Shown here piece after piece: positions 52,567 to 62,667 of a stretch of DNA of 64,000 nt; position 1 is the stretch's first letter, and each line of letters starts with the position of its first letter. The position numbers were made by a program, and so were the translations under genes. A model generated the notes under the pieces. It saw nothing but the letters and a program-made list of their open reading frames with translations, was not told where the DNA came from and did no database searches. Location: NCBI GenBank assembly GCA_048940445.1, contig JBHLON010000002.1, forward strand, positions 96,001 to 160,000. The letters run 5' to 3'. This stretch comes from Promethearchaeota archaeon (GTDB taxonomy: Archaea > Asgardarchaeota > Lokiarchaeia > Sigyniarchaeales > SOKP01).

Positions 52567-54510
52567 ATGGAAAAATCTGATAATCAAAGAATTGGATACT
52601 ATGCTTGTCAGTGAGGTATAAATATTCGTGGAAAAATTGATTGCAATAAGTTAGTGGAGTACGCTAAAGATTTAGATGGAGTTATCGTTGCTAAACAGCA
52701 CAGTTTTCTTTGCACTGAGAGTGGTCAAAATGAAATTATTGGGGATATAAAAGAAAAAAAATTAAATCGCATTGTAGTTTCTGCTTGAACTCCACGTACT
52801 CATGAACCAGTTTATAGAGGATCGATTGCAAAGACAGATTTAAATCCTTATTACTTTCAGATGGTAAATGTGCGTGAACATTGCTCTTGGTGTACAGAAA
52901 GTAATGAAGAGGCATTAGATAAAGCTAAAATCTTGGTAAAGAGTGGTATCGAACGAGGAAAACTACTTGAAGTTGTACCCATTAGAACTGTGCCTGTAGA
53001 AAAAGCCACCCTGGTGGTGGGTGGAGGAATAGCAGGGATGAATGCGGCTCTGGATCTCGCCAATCAAGGAATTAAAGTGTATTTGGTTGATAAAAACACA
53101 ACTATAGGAGGACGAATGGCGCAATTAGACAGAACATTTCCAACTGATGACTGTGCGATATGAATCTGTGGACCTAAGATGCTTGAAGTAAATCGAAATG
53201 AAAATATTGAGATTCTTAGCTATTCAGAAGTGAAAAAAGTAGAAGGTTATGTTGGTAATTATGAAATAACTGTTGAAAAGAAACCTCGTTATATAAATCC
53301 AGAAACTTGTAACGGATGTGGGGCTTGCGCAGAAGTATGTCCTACTTATACCAATAATTACTTTGATGAATATCTAGGAGCAAGAAAAACAATTGATATT
53401 GCTTTTGGTCAAGCAGTCCCTTTTTTATATGATATTCATAGGGAGACTTGTGTAGAATGCTTTAATTGTGTCGATGCATGTGAGCTTGATGCAATAGATT
53501 TCAGCCAAATACCAGAAGAAGTCAAATTTAAAGTTGGAACTATTATCATTGCTACTGGTTGGGATATATACGAGCCATTCGGAGAATATGGCTATGGAGA
53601 ATATGCTAATGTGATCACACAATCTCAACTCGAAAGAATGCTAGCTCCAAATGGACCATTAGAAGGACACGTCCAGAGAATTTCTGATAATAAAAAACTA
53701 AAGGAGATAGTTTTCATTCAATGCGTCGGAAGTCGAGAAACCGAAAGAACCTACTGTAGTGGTGTGTGTTGTATGCTTGCTTTAAAAAATGGAAAATTAC
53801 TTAAAGAAGAATTTCCTGATGCTAATATTACTATCTGCTATATTGATATAAGAACTAATGAGAAAGGTTTTGAAGAATATTACCAACGAGCTAAGGATTC
53901 TGATATTCGAATGATTCGTGGTAAAGTTGGTGAGATTACAGAAGATCCTGAGACTAAAAATGTTAAAATACGCGTTTATTCATCATTAACAGATGAAATA
54001 ATTAATATTGATGCAGATTTAGTAGTTTTATCAACAGCAGCATTACCATCTAAAGGGACTCAACAAATTGCCAAAGTTTTAAACTTAGATGTTGATAAGA
54101 ATGGATTTCTGACCGAATCCCACTTTGGTTTGATGCCACAAGAAACAAAAACTAAAGGTATTTTTATAGCTGGATTTGCCCAAGGACCTAAAGACATTGC
54201 TTATTCAGTTTCACAAGCTAGAGCTGCTGCAAGTAAGGTTGCAGAACTGACTTCTACCGGTGAAATTGACTTAGAGTTAATTATAGCCGAGGTAGATAAA
54301 GATTCCTGTATTTCTTGTAGAAGATGCGAAAAAGAATGTCCAAAAGGTGCAATAAAGATCGTAGAAGATGAGGGTGCAATTGTTGATGAAATAAATTGTG
54401 ATGGTTGCGGTATATGCGCTACTTGTTGCCCTACACGAGCAATTGATATACGATATTATAGGGATCATCAGTTATATGCTGAAATTGAAGCTCTATTAGG
54501 AGGTGTTTAA
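52567..54510 (+). CDS. hdrA: Heterodisulfide reductase subunit A, selenoprotein with 3 Sec (647 aa)
   Basis: One frame from ATG 52567 to TAA 54510 with TGA at 52612, 52786, 53161, each at a conserved Cys: ACQUG (ICHCG), SAUTPRTHE (ASCTPRTHE), DCAIUI (DCSLCI) in the paralog at 58958. Confidence 0.93.
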
Positions 54511-54514
54511 ATAA

Positions 54515-54958
54515 ATGGACACAAATTTCAATATATTGATGTTTGCTTGTTTAAAATGAGGTTATGGTGCTGCAGATTTAGCAGGAGTGTCTCGATTAAA
54601 ATATACACCGTCTGTTAAAATAGTAAAAATTAGGTGTACTGGACGGATTGATGTGAAACATATCTTATATGCGATTAAGTCTGGAGCTGATGGTGTAATG
54701 ATAGTTGGATGACGACCAGATGAATGTCAATTTAAGTACGGTAATTTTAAAGCACAAACTCATGTTGATTTGGCCAACAGAATATTAGAACGTAGAGGAT
54801 TTGGAAACCAGAGAATAAATCAATATTGGTTAAGTAGCGCTGAATCAGAAAAATTAGTTAAAAGTGTTGAAGATGCAGTAGAAAAGGTACAACGTATGGG
54901 TAAAAACCCAATCCACGATATAAAATCTAAAAAAAAGAAAGCAAGCATTGCCTCTTAG
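54515..54958 (+). CDS. mvhD: MvhD/VhuD [2Fe-2S] subunit, selenoprotein with 2 Sec (147 aa)
   Basis: MDTNFNILMFACLKUGYGAADLAG...RCTGRID...GADGVMIVGURPDEC; TGA at 54557 and 54710 align to CNWC and GCHIGDC cysteines of paralog 62055. Confidence 0.93.
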
Positions 54959-54998
54959 AATGACTCTTATAAATAAATCTTCGTTATAAGATGACTAA
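54955..54998 (+). promoter_or_regulatory. Eukaryote-like SECIS element
   Basis: UUAG-A-AUGAC-UCUUAUAA-[AUAAAUCUUCG]-UUAUAAGA-UGA-CUAA: AUGA/GA core, perfect 8-bp upper stem, AAA in loop. Confidence 0.85.
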
Positions 54999-55063
54999 CC
55001 ATGTGTTGGTAAAGGAGGTATTAATAAAATTAAATTATTAAAAACTAAAATAATTGTAAAAGT

Positions 55064-56569
55064 ATGGTTCAGGTAGTGAATGAGAAATCATTCAGTGGAA
55101 TTTCTCCAAAGAATTTAATGGAAGCAACTTATAAAGCATCTGAAAATTTCCAAATTAGAGCCTTTTATGAATCTAAAGAAGAAATCTTAAAGGCATCTAA
55201 ATACTCAGAAAATGAATTTTATGAGATATACGATGCTATGCTAGATGCGGAGACGGAAAGAAAAATAGTATTAGAGGGGCTTAGAGGTAATAAACCTTTA
55301 TTTTTAGAAGAAATAGTGAAAATTGTAACCGAATTTCCAGCAAATAATGTTATTCGAGATATAATCTATTTAAAAGAGCAAGGATATATTGAGGAACAAA
55401 TTGAAGTTAAAACTAAAGTAGTTATAAAAAAAATAAAAGGAGTAGAAAAAGAGGTAGAAGAAAAAGAATACTTTTATAGGTATCAAGTAAGAAAAGTACC
55501 TGATAAGTTCGTTGAAAATTATTTTGAACCTGTTTCAATAGTATTCGAATCAGAAGTATGTTGTCAATGTGGTTGGTGTAGTAGCATTTGTCCCGTAAAT
55601 GCAATAAACGTGACAGCAGATCTACTTGAAATTGATGAAGAAAAATGCATGAAATGTGGTTTATGTTTTTCAGTCTGTCCTCGGACTTTTTCAATTGATC
55701 AAGTTTATAAAACAATCAAACAATTAGATAAAAATCTTAAGTGGTCAGCTAAAATCGGAGCTTATGTCAATGCCTATTCAGGAGCAACAACTAAAGAACA
55801 AATAAAAAAAGTAAAACAAGATGGAGGTGTCGTCACTTCACTATTAGAGTATCTGTTAGAGAACAATTTAGTAGATGCAATAATTGCTGTCAAACATTCT
55901 AAGGATTTATGGAGACCAGAACCAATAATAGTTGAAAAAGTTAGTGATCTTTATAAAACGGGTGGTACTAAGTATGCTAATGCTGCTACATTATCAATTA
56001 TTCAGATGGCTAAAAATTATGAAAGAATAGCAGTGGTGGGAGTTCCTTGTATGATGAAAGCAATTGAAAAAGGCACTCTTTTTCCAAGTGGATTGCCATT
56101 CTTTAAAAATATTAAATTTAGAATTGGATTATTTTGCATGGAATCCTTTCCCTATGATGGAGTAGTGCAACTAACGAAAGAAAAATTTGATAAGGATATT
56201 AACCAATTAACTAAAATGAATATTGATAGTGGGAAATTTATTATTAATTTGAATTCTGGAGAAGAGTTAAAGGTAGATTTGAAAGAAGTCAAATCATATG
56301 CTCGCAATAATTGTCATTATTGTGAAGATTTAACCTCTGATTATGCTGATATTTCGGTTGGCTCCATAGGTTCTCAAGGAGGTTGGTCTTCTGTAATTAC
56401 ACGTTCTAAGCAAGGAGATCAAATTTATCAAGGTGCAATAAGAGCTGGTTTAATAGAATCTCAAAGTTTAAAGGATGTTAAACCAGGCTTAGGTCTTTTG
56501 GAGCGAATTGCGGGAAGTAAAAGGAAAAATTGTAAGGTAATTGAACTTAAAAAGGAAAAAATATTATGA
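55064..56569 (+). CDS. FrhB/FdhB family protein with N-terminal extension
   Basis: CCQCGWCSSICP, CMKCGLCFSVCP, QDGGVVT, VGVPC, GLFCM, ADISVGSIG. Confidence 0.9.
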   Translation: MVQVVNEKSFSGISPKNLMEATYKASENFQIRAFYESKEEILKASKYSENEFYEIYDAMLDAETERKIVLEGLRGNKPLFLEEIVKIVTEFPANNVIRDIIYLKEQGYIEEQIEVKTKVVIKKIKGVEKEVEEKEYFYRYQVRKVPDKFVENYFEPVSIVFESEVCCQCGWCSSICPVNAINVTADLLEIDEEKCMKCGLCFSVCPRTFSIDQVYKTIKQLDKNLKWSAKIGAYVNAYSGATTKEQIKKVKQDGGVVTSLLEYLLENNLVDAIIAVKHSKDLWRPEPIIVEKVSDLYKTGGTKYANAATLSIIQMAKNYERIAVVGVPCMMKAIEKGTLFPSGLPFFKNIKFRIGLFCMESFPYDGVVQLTKEKFDKDINQLTKMNIDSGKFIINLNSGEELKVDLKEVKSYARNNCHYCEDLTSDYADISVGSIGSQGGWSSVITRSKQGDQIYQGAIRAGLIESQSLKDVKPGLGLLERIAGSKRKNCKVIELKKEKIL

Positions 56570-57678
56570 GTTCAAAAACATTCGAGGACTTGATTAAAGA
56601 AGTTCATGAAAAGGGTATCTGTCAAGAATGTGGAGGTTGTGTGTCATTCTGCTCATCAGCAGAATATAACGTCATAGGCTTATTGGATCCCTATAAACCT
56701 CCAAAATACATTAATAAAGATAAGTGCCTTGAATGTGGAATCTGTTATTATATTTGTCCTCAAACACATATACTAGATAGTGATTTAAATAACATATACA
56801 ATTTTTCAGATTTCTCTTCAACTCCTATTGGATACTATGAAGATATATATTCTTGTCAAGCTACAGATCCGGAGTTTTTAAAGTTTGGAACAGATGGAGG
56901 GGTTGTTAACTCAATTATAAATTTCTTGATTGAAAAAAAAATGATAAATGGTGCCATAGTCTCGAAAACTGATGCTCCATTTTCCAGAGAGGCAACATTT
57001 GCAGATAGCAAATATGATTTATTAAAAGCTTCAGGTGCAAAATTAGATGTAACCCCACAATTAAATGAAATACAAAAGTTTTGCACATATACTCACTCGA
57101 TCCCTAAATTAAATCATTATAAATTTAAGAAATTAGCGATAGTTGGCACTCCATGTCAAATTTATACCATAAGATGTATGCAAGATTTAGGAGTCACTCC
57201 TTCAGAAAACATTGAAATTTGTCTTGGTTTATTTTGCTATGAAAACTTTTTTTTTGAGAAATTTCAAATTGAGAAGTTTGAAAAAGATTTTAATATAAAA
57301 TTTAATGATATTGTGAAGATAAATATTAAGGAAGATGTAATTTTTAAAATAAAAAGTGAGGGCCCTTCAGAGAAAATCGTCCATATTCCTTTTAATCATT
57401 TGAATGACTATATGCGTCCAGCATGTAATGCCTGTAATGATTTTACTAATATCTATGCGGATATATCATTTGGAGGATTAGGGTCTCCGGATAAATATAC
57501 TACTGTAATAACACGAACAAAAAGAGGAAAAGAGATTTTTTCAAAAATCATCGATGAAGGAATAATTTTAAGCAAAGAAATGGATCCTCCAAAAAAAAAG
57601 AAAATGTTAGATTTAATAATTGAATATTCAAAATCTAAAGTATTACGTAAAGAGAGATTTATGCAGAAATTAAATTAA
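56566..57678 (+). CDS. FrhB/FdhB family protein
   Basis: CQECGGC, CLECGIC, DGGVV, VGTPCQ, GLFC, ADISFGG. Confidence 0.9.
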   Translation: MSSKTFEDLIKEVHEKGICQECGGCVSFCSSAEYNVIGLLDPYKPPKYINKDKCLECGICYYICPQTHILDSDLNNIYNFSDFSSTPIGYYEDIYSCQATDPEFLKFGTDGGVVNSIINFLIEKKMINGAIVSKTDAPFSREATFADSKYDLLKASGAKLDVTPQLNEIQKFCTYTHSIPKLNHYKFKKLAIVGTPCQIYTIRCMQDLGVTPSENIEICLGLFCYENFFFEKFQIEKFEKDFNIKFNDIVKINIKEDVIFKIKSEGPSEKIVHIPFNHLNDYMRPACNACNDFTNIYADISFGGLGSPDKYTTVITRTKRGKEIFSKIIDEGIILSKEMDPPKKKKMLDLIIEYSKSKVLRKERFMQKLN

Positions 57679-57726
57679 AGAGGGAGAGATATAACAGAAT
57701 CAAAAAGAGACCTTGAAAGGAAAAAA

Positions 57727-58953
57727 ATGTTCGGTGATACATTAGACTATTTGGATAAAGTTTATGAATCTAATCTAAGGAATTTATTAAAAAAATGCTA
57801 TCAATGTGGACGTTGTAGTGGTGTTTGTCAATTAAGCAAAGTTCAAAAATTTCCACCAAGTAGGATTATACAGTTAATCTTAGAAGGATTTGAAGATAAA
57901 GTATTGAATTCAGGTGTTTTATGGGATTGCCTTACGTGTAATCAATGTTTAAAAGATTGTCCAGAGAAAATCAACTTTGCAGATATTGTTAGAATAGCAA
58001 GGTATAAAATGAGGCATGAAACAAACCAAAAATCTGATGAATTTATTGCTCATAAGGGGATTTACACTACAATAGCAGAAATGATGAGTAGACCATACAT
58101 AACTCCAGAGAGATCGCTAGAGTGGATACCAAAAGATTGTAGTGTGTTAGAAAAAGGAGAACTCCTATATTATGTAGGATGTTTACCTTTTTATGAATAT
58201 GAATTTGAAGATTCAAATAATATAGCTAAGTGTACATTACAACTTCTATGCCAAATCGAACAAAAACCAATAGTAGTTTTAAAAGAGGAGAGTTGTTGTG
58301 GTCACGATATTTACTGGGGACAGGGGAAATTAAAGACATTTATTAAATTAGCAAAGAAAAATTTGGAAAAATTTGAGAAAGCGGGAGTTTCTAAGATAGT
58401 TACTGCTTGTGCAGAATGTTATCGTACTCTAAAAATTGATTATTCTAATATTTTTGAGAATTTCTCAACTAGGTTTGAAGTACAGCACATTATTGAATAT
58501 ATTTATGATAAATGGAAAGAAAATGAAATAGCTTTTAAGGGACCAAACAAAAAAGATAAAGATACAATATTTACCTATCATGATCCTTGTAGGTTGAGTA
58601 GATTTTTACCCGAAGAGGATAATTTAACAAAAAAAGTTAGAGAAATTTTCGATGAATTAACAAGATTAGGATTTAATTTTAAGGAAATGAAACATAATAA
58701 AGAAAATTCTCTCTGTTGTGGAGTTAATTCCTGGATGAACTGCAATGAAAAATCTAAAGCACTTAGATATAAACGTATGTTAGAAGCAAAATCAGCAGCT
58801 CCTTTAATGGTGACTTCATGTCCGAAATGTGAGATTCATTTTAAATGTCTTCAGAACGATTTCGAAGATATAGAAGATATTAAAATCTTGGATTTTTCAG
58901 AGTTTATTATAAATCATGTTGAAATGATTGACAACTTGAATAGCGAGGAATAA
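57727..58953 (+). CDS. HdrD-like Fe-S oxidoreductase (HdrC domain plus two CCG domains)
   Basis: CYQCGRCSGVC, CLTCNQCLKDCP, ESCCG, YHDPCRL, LCCG, SCPKC. Confidence 0.88.
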   Translation: MFGDTLDYLDKVYESNLRNLLKKCYQCGRCSGVCQLSKVQKFPPSRIIQLILEGFEDKVLNSGVLWDCLTCNQCLKDCPEKINFADIVRIARYKMRHETNQKSDEFIAHKGIYTTIAEMMSRPYITPERSLEWIPKDCSVLEKGELLYYVGCLPFYEYEFEDSNNIAKCTLQLLCQIEQKPIVVLKEESCCGHDIYWGQGKLKTFIKLAKKNLEKFEKAGVSKIVTACAECYRTLKIDYSNIFENFSTRFEVQHIIEYIYDKWKENEIAFKGPNKKDKDTIFTYHDPCRLSRFLPEEDNLTKKVREIFDELTRLGFNFKEMKHNKENSLCCGVNSWMNCNEKSKALRYKRMLEAKSAAPLMVTSCPKCEIHFKCLQNDFEDIEDIKILDFSEFIINHVEMIDNLNSEE

Positions 58954-58957
58954 CAGA

Positions 58958-61900
58958 ATGGAAGGATCTGTCTTAGTAATAGGTGGGGGTATCGCAGGAA
59001 TTCAAACCTCATTAGATTTAACGGAATTGGGATTTAAAGTTTACTTAGTGGAAAGAAATCCTTCAATCGGAGGTCGTATGGCTCAACTTGATAAAACTTT
59101 TCCTACAAATGATTGTAGTCTTTGTATCTTAGCACCAAAGATGGTAGAAGTCTTTAGAAATCCAAACATAGAACTTATGACATATCATGAAGTATTAAAT
59201 GTATCTGGAACAGTCGGAGACTTTAAAGTTAAGATTCTGAAAAAGCCAAGATATATAGATGAAACCAAATGTAAGGGTTGTGGCGATTGTTCTCAGCGTT
59301 GTCCGAAGATTGAAGTCCCGAATTTATTCGATATGAAATTAGGTAAAAGGAAATCTATATACATCCCTTTTCCACAAGCTGTACCTCCTATATATTTAAT
59401 TGATCCTGAAATCTGTCTTAAATTAACTAAAGGAGTTTGTGGTGTATGTGAGAAAGTATGTAAAGCTGAAGCAATCGATTATGAACAACAGCCTCGGGAA
59501 TTTGAGATTAAAGTAGGAGCAATTGTAGTTGCTACGGGATTTGATATGCCAGCAGAACAAATAACCTCCCGGTGGGGGTATCAATATAAAAATGTTATTA
59601 GTGCTTTAGAATATGAAAGAATATTATGTGCTTCAGGTCCATTTGGTGGTCATATATTACGGCCAAGTGATGAAACTGAGCCTGAGAGGATTGCTTTCAT
59701 ACAATGTGCTGGTTCACGAGATTTACATGAAAATATTCCTTACTGTTCAAGCGTTTGTTGTATGTACACCGCAAAGGAAGCTATTATCACCAAAGAACAT
59801 TCAGAAAAAGCTAAATGTTTTGTGTTTAGGCACGATATAAGAGCTTATGGTAAGAATTTCTATGAATTCACCCAGAGGGCACAAGATGAATATGGTGTAC
59901 AATATTTTCAGACCAAAGTTAGTAAAGTCGAAGAAGATCCTAGCAATAATGATTTAATCATTCACTATGAAGATTTAAAAACGGGAAAATTTAATAATTT
60001 CAGGAGCAATTTAGTAGTATTAGCAACACCATTAGTTCCATCAAAGGGTACAATTGAAATGGGAAAAATTTTAGGTGTTAAACTAGATAAATATAACTTC
60101 TTTAAGGAAAGCTCATATTTTAATAAATCACTCTCATCTAAAGAGGGAATATTTTTAAGCGGTTTTTGTCAGGGACCAATGGATATTCCAGAAACTGTGG
60201 CAGATGCAAGTGGAGTAGCATCTCAAATTGCTTCACTATTAAATTCTGTTAAATTTAAAGCCATAAGGGAAAAAGTTAGAGAGAAATCTGAGATCGAGGT
60301 TAAAATTTCTGATGAACCTCGAATTGGGGTTCTAATATGTCATTGTGGAATAAATATTGGTAAATATATTGATGTTTCCGGTGTTGTTGAATATGTGAAA
60401 ACATTACCGTTTGTAGCTCACTGTGAGTCTAATCTATACTCTTGTTCAAGTGATTCTCAAGCAAGAATTAAAGAAATGATTGAAGAATATAACTTAAATA
60501 GGTTTATTGTTGCTTCCTGTACACCCCGAACTCATGAAGCTCTATTCCAAGAAACTTGTCAAGAAGCAGGTTTGAATAAATATTTATTCGAAATGGTAAA
60601 CATTCGAGATCAATGTTCTTGGGTTCATATGAATGAATATGAATTTGCTACTGAAAAAGCTAAAGATTTAATTAGAATGGCCATTGCAAAAGCACGTTTA
60701 TTAAAACCTCTTAACGAAGCGCGATTAGATATAACTCCAACAGCCTTAATAATTGGTGCTGGAGTTTCTGGTATGACTGCGGCTTTAAATATTTCTAAAC
60801 AGGGATTTAAAGTTTTTTTAGTAGAGAAAGAAAAGAAGTTAGGCGGAATTTTAAATAACTTAAATATTTTATATCCTGTTCATGAGGATGCATCAACGTT
60901 TTTAGATGCTATAAGTAGGGATGTAAAGAGCAGCAAAAATATTGAACTATTTTTAGACTCCCAAATTAAAAGTATCAAAGGTTATATTGGTAATTATGAT
61001 GTTTCAATCATCGATTCAAAACAGAAAGTCCATGAATTAAAGATTGGAACGATTATCGTGGCAACTGGTGCCCAAGAATTAAAACCAAATGGGATTTTTC
61101 AATATAGCGAGAAAAATGAAAACGTAATAACTCAACTTGAATTAGAAGAAAAGTTGAAAAGTAAAGATTCATCATGGTTAGATGAAATTGAAAGAGTAAC
61201 AGTTATTTTATGTGTAAACGCAAGACAAAAAGAAGGAATCACTTATTGTTCTAACATTTGTTGTGGGGTAAGTATTAAAAATCTAAGTCTATTAAAAGAA
61301 TTAAAACCTGAGATTGAGATTGTTGTTCTTTATAGAGATCTACAAATGGCTAAAAAAGAATTTGAAGAATATTATCGTGAGCGTAGGAAGAACGCGATAT
61401 TTCTTAGATATAGTTTAGAACGGTTGCCAAAAATCGATAAAATAAGTAATAAACCAGAAAAATACAAAATAAGTTTATTTGATACTAATTTGCAAGAGGA
61501 TCTTAGTTTTGATACAGATTTAGTCATACTAGCAACTCCTATGATTCCCAATAACAACCTAACAGAATTGGCGAAAATGCTCAAGGTGCCTTTAGATAAA
61601 AATGGATTTTTTTTAGAAGCACATGTAAAACTTCGACCTTTAGATTTTGCTACTGACGGAATATTTTTAAGTGGCTGTGCTCAATGGCCGAAAAATGTGC
61701 AAGATTCAATTGCTCAAGCAAATGGTGCTGCAGGAAGGGCTAGTAGATTTTTAAGTGCAAAAACAATAACAACTTCTGGTTTAATAGCTGAAGTAAACCC
61801 AGACAGATGCATAGGATGTGGAAAATGTGAATCTGTTTGTCCATATAACGCGATTGAGATTAAAGAAGCACTTATGGAGTTTGAGGAAGTCAGCATAAAA

Positions 61901-62041
61901 GTAGCAAAATCGTTTATAAATTCAGCTTTATGTAAAGGATGTGGTACATGTGCGGCTACTTGCCCTAATGGTGCTATCTCAGTTAAACATTATGATTTTG
62001 ATCAAATTTATGCAATGATCGAATCTTATCTACTAGAATAA
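58958..62041 (+). CDS. hdrA: Large Cys-type HdrA with two FAD-binding modules
   Basis: GGGIAG, MAQLDKTFPTNDC, YCSSVCC, internal ICHCG / ASCTPRTHE / NIRDQCSW, second GAGVSG, C-terminal ferredoxin. Confidence 0.93.
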   Translation: MEGSVLVIGGGIAGIQTSLDLTELGFKVYLVERNPSIGGRMAQLDKTFPTNDCSLCILAPKMVEVFRNPNIELMTYHEVLNVSGTVGDFKVKILKKPRYIDETKCKGCGDCSQRCPKIEVPNLFDMKLGKRKSIYIPFPQAVPPIYLIDPEICLKLTKGVCGVCEKVCKAEAIDYEQQPREFEIKVGAIVVATGFDMPAEQITSRWGYQYKNVISALEYERILCASGPFGGHILRPSDETEPERIAFIQCAGSRDLHENIPYCSSVCCMYTAKEAIITKEHSEKAKCFVFRHDIRAYGKNFYEFTQRAQDEYGVQYFQTKVSKVEEDPSNNDLIIHYEDLKTGKFNNFRSNLVVLATPLVPSKGTIEMGKILGVKLDKYNFFKESSYFNKSLSSKEGIFLSGFCQGPMDIPETVADASGVASQIASLLNSVKFKAIREKVREKSEIEVKISDEPRIGVLICHCGINIGKYIDVSGVVEYVKTLPFVAHCESNLYSCSSDSQARIKEMIEEYNLNRFIVASCTPRTHEALFQETCQEAGLNKYLFEMVNIRDQCSWVHMNEYEFATEKAKDLIRMAIAKARLLKPLNEARLDITPTALIIGAGVSGMTAALNISKQGFKVFLVEKEKKLGGILNNLNILYPVHEDASTFLDAISRDVKSSKNIELFLDSQIKSIKGYIGNYDVSIIDSKQKVHELKIGTIIVATGAQELKPNGIFQYSEKNENVITQLELEEKLKSKDSSWLDEIERVTVILCVNARQKEGITYCSNICCGVSIKNLSLLKELKPEIEIVVLYRDLQMAKKEFEEYYRERRKNAIFLRYSLERLPKIDKISNKPEKYKISLFDTNLQEDLSFDTDLVILATPMIPNNNLTELAKMLKVPLDKNGFFLEAHVKLRPLDFATDGIFLSGCAQWPKNVQDSIAQANGAAGRASRFLSAKTITTSGLIAEVNPDRCIGCGKCESVCPYNAIEIKEALMEFEEVSIKVAKSFINSALCKGCGTCAATCPNGAISVKHYDFDQIYAMIESYLLE

Positions 62042-62054
62042 AAGGAGAGCTTAT

Positions 62055-62498
62055 ATGCCAAGAACTACAACAAAAGTAAAACCTAAAGTTAAACAATTTA
62101 ACCCTGAAATCTTGGTATTTTGTTGTAATTGGTGCAGTTATGCAGGAGCAGATTTAGCTGGAGTCTCAAGGTTCCAATACCCTCCCAATATGAGGATTGT
62201 AAGGGTTATGTGTTCTGGAAGAGTGGATCCTGCATTTGTCATAAAAGCTTTAAAAGAAGGTGCTGATGGTGTCTTAATAACAGGATGTCATATTGGAGAT
62301 TGTCATTATATTTCAGGAAATGAGTATGCAAGAGAAAGATTCGGTAGGTTACATGAGGTTATTATAAAACAATTAGGGATAAATGAGAAAAGAGTTCGGT
62401 TGGAATGGGTCAGTGCTTCCGAAGGCAAAAGATTTGCTGAATTAATCACAGAATTTACAAACGAGATTAAAGAGTTAGGACCTCTTAAAGTCTTATAA
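62055..62498 (+). CDS. mvhD: MvhD [2Fe-2S] subunit, Cys type
   Basis: FCCNWCSYAGAD, VMCSGRV, GCHIGDCHY, WVSASEG. Confidence 0.95.
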   Translation: MPRTTTKVKPKVKQFNPEILVFCCNWCSYAGADLAGVSRFQYPPNMRIVRVMCSGRVDPAFVIKALKEGADGVLITGCHIGDCHYISGNEYARERFGRLHEVIIKQLGINEKRVRLEWVSASEGKRFAELITEFTNEIKELGPLKVL

Positions 62499-62534
62499 TT
62501 TGTTGAACTTTTCTTAATTACAAATAATTTTTCT

Positions 62535-62562
62535 GCTCTTTTTTGATAAAAAAGAGCTTTTT
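62535..62562 (+). terminator. Hairpin plus T tract after the hdr/mvh cluster
   Basis: GCTCTTTTTT-GAT-AAAAAAGAGC perfect 10-bp inverted repeat followed by TTTTT. Confidence 0.5.
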
Positions 62563-62667
62563 GAGGATAAAATTTAAATAATAACATATCTATTTTGTAC
62601 ACAACAAGGCTTTTTTGATAACAAAAAGAAAAATTTATAAATATTAGTTATACGAATTTAAAAAAGA

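Noticed and set aside
52861-54958. ORF-track fragments 52861..53163, 53179..54510 and 54770..54958 as separate genes or pseudogenes
   Set aside because: All breaks are in-frame TGA at conserved Cys positions and a SECIS follows, so they are parts of two selenoprotein genes
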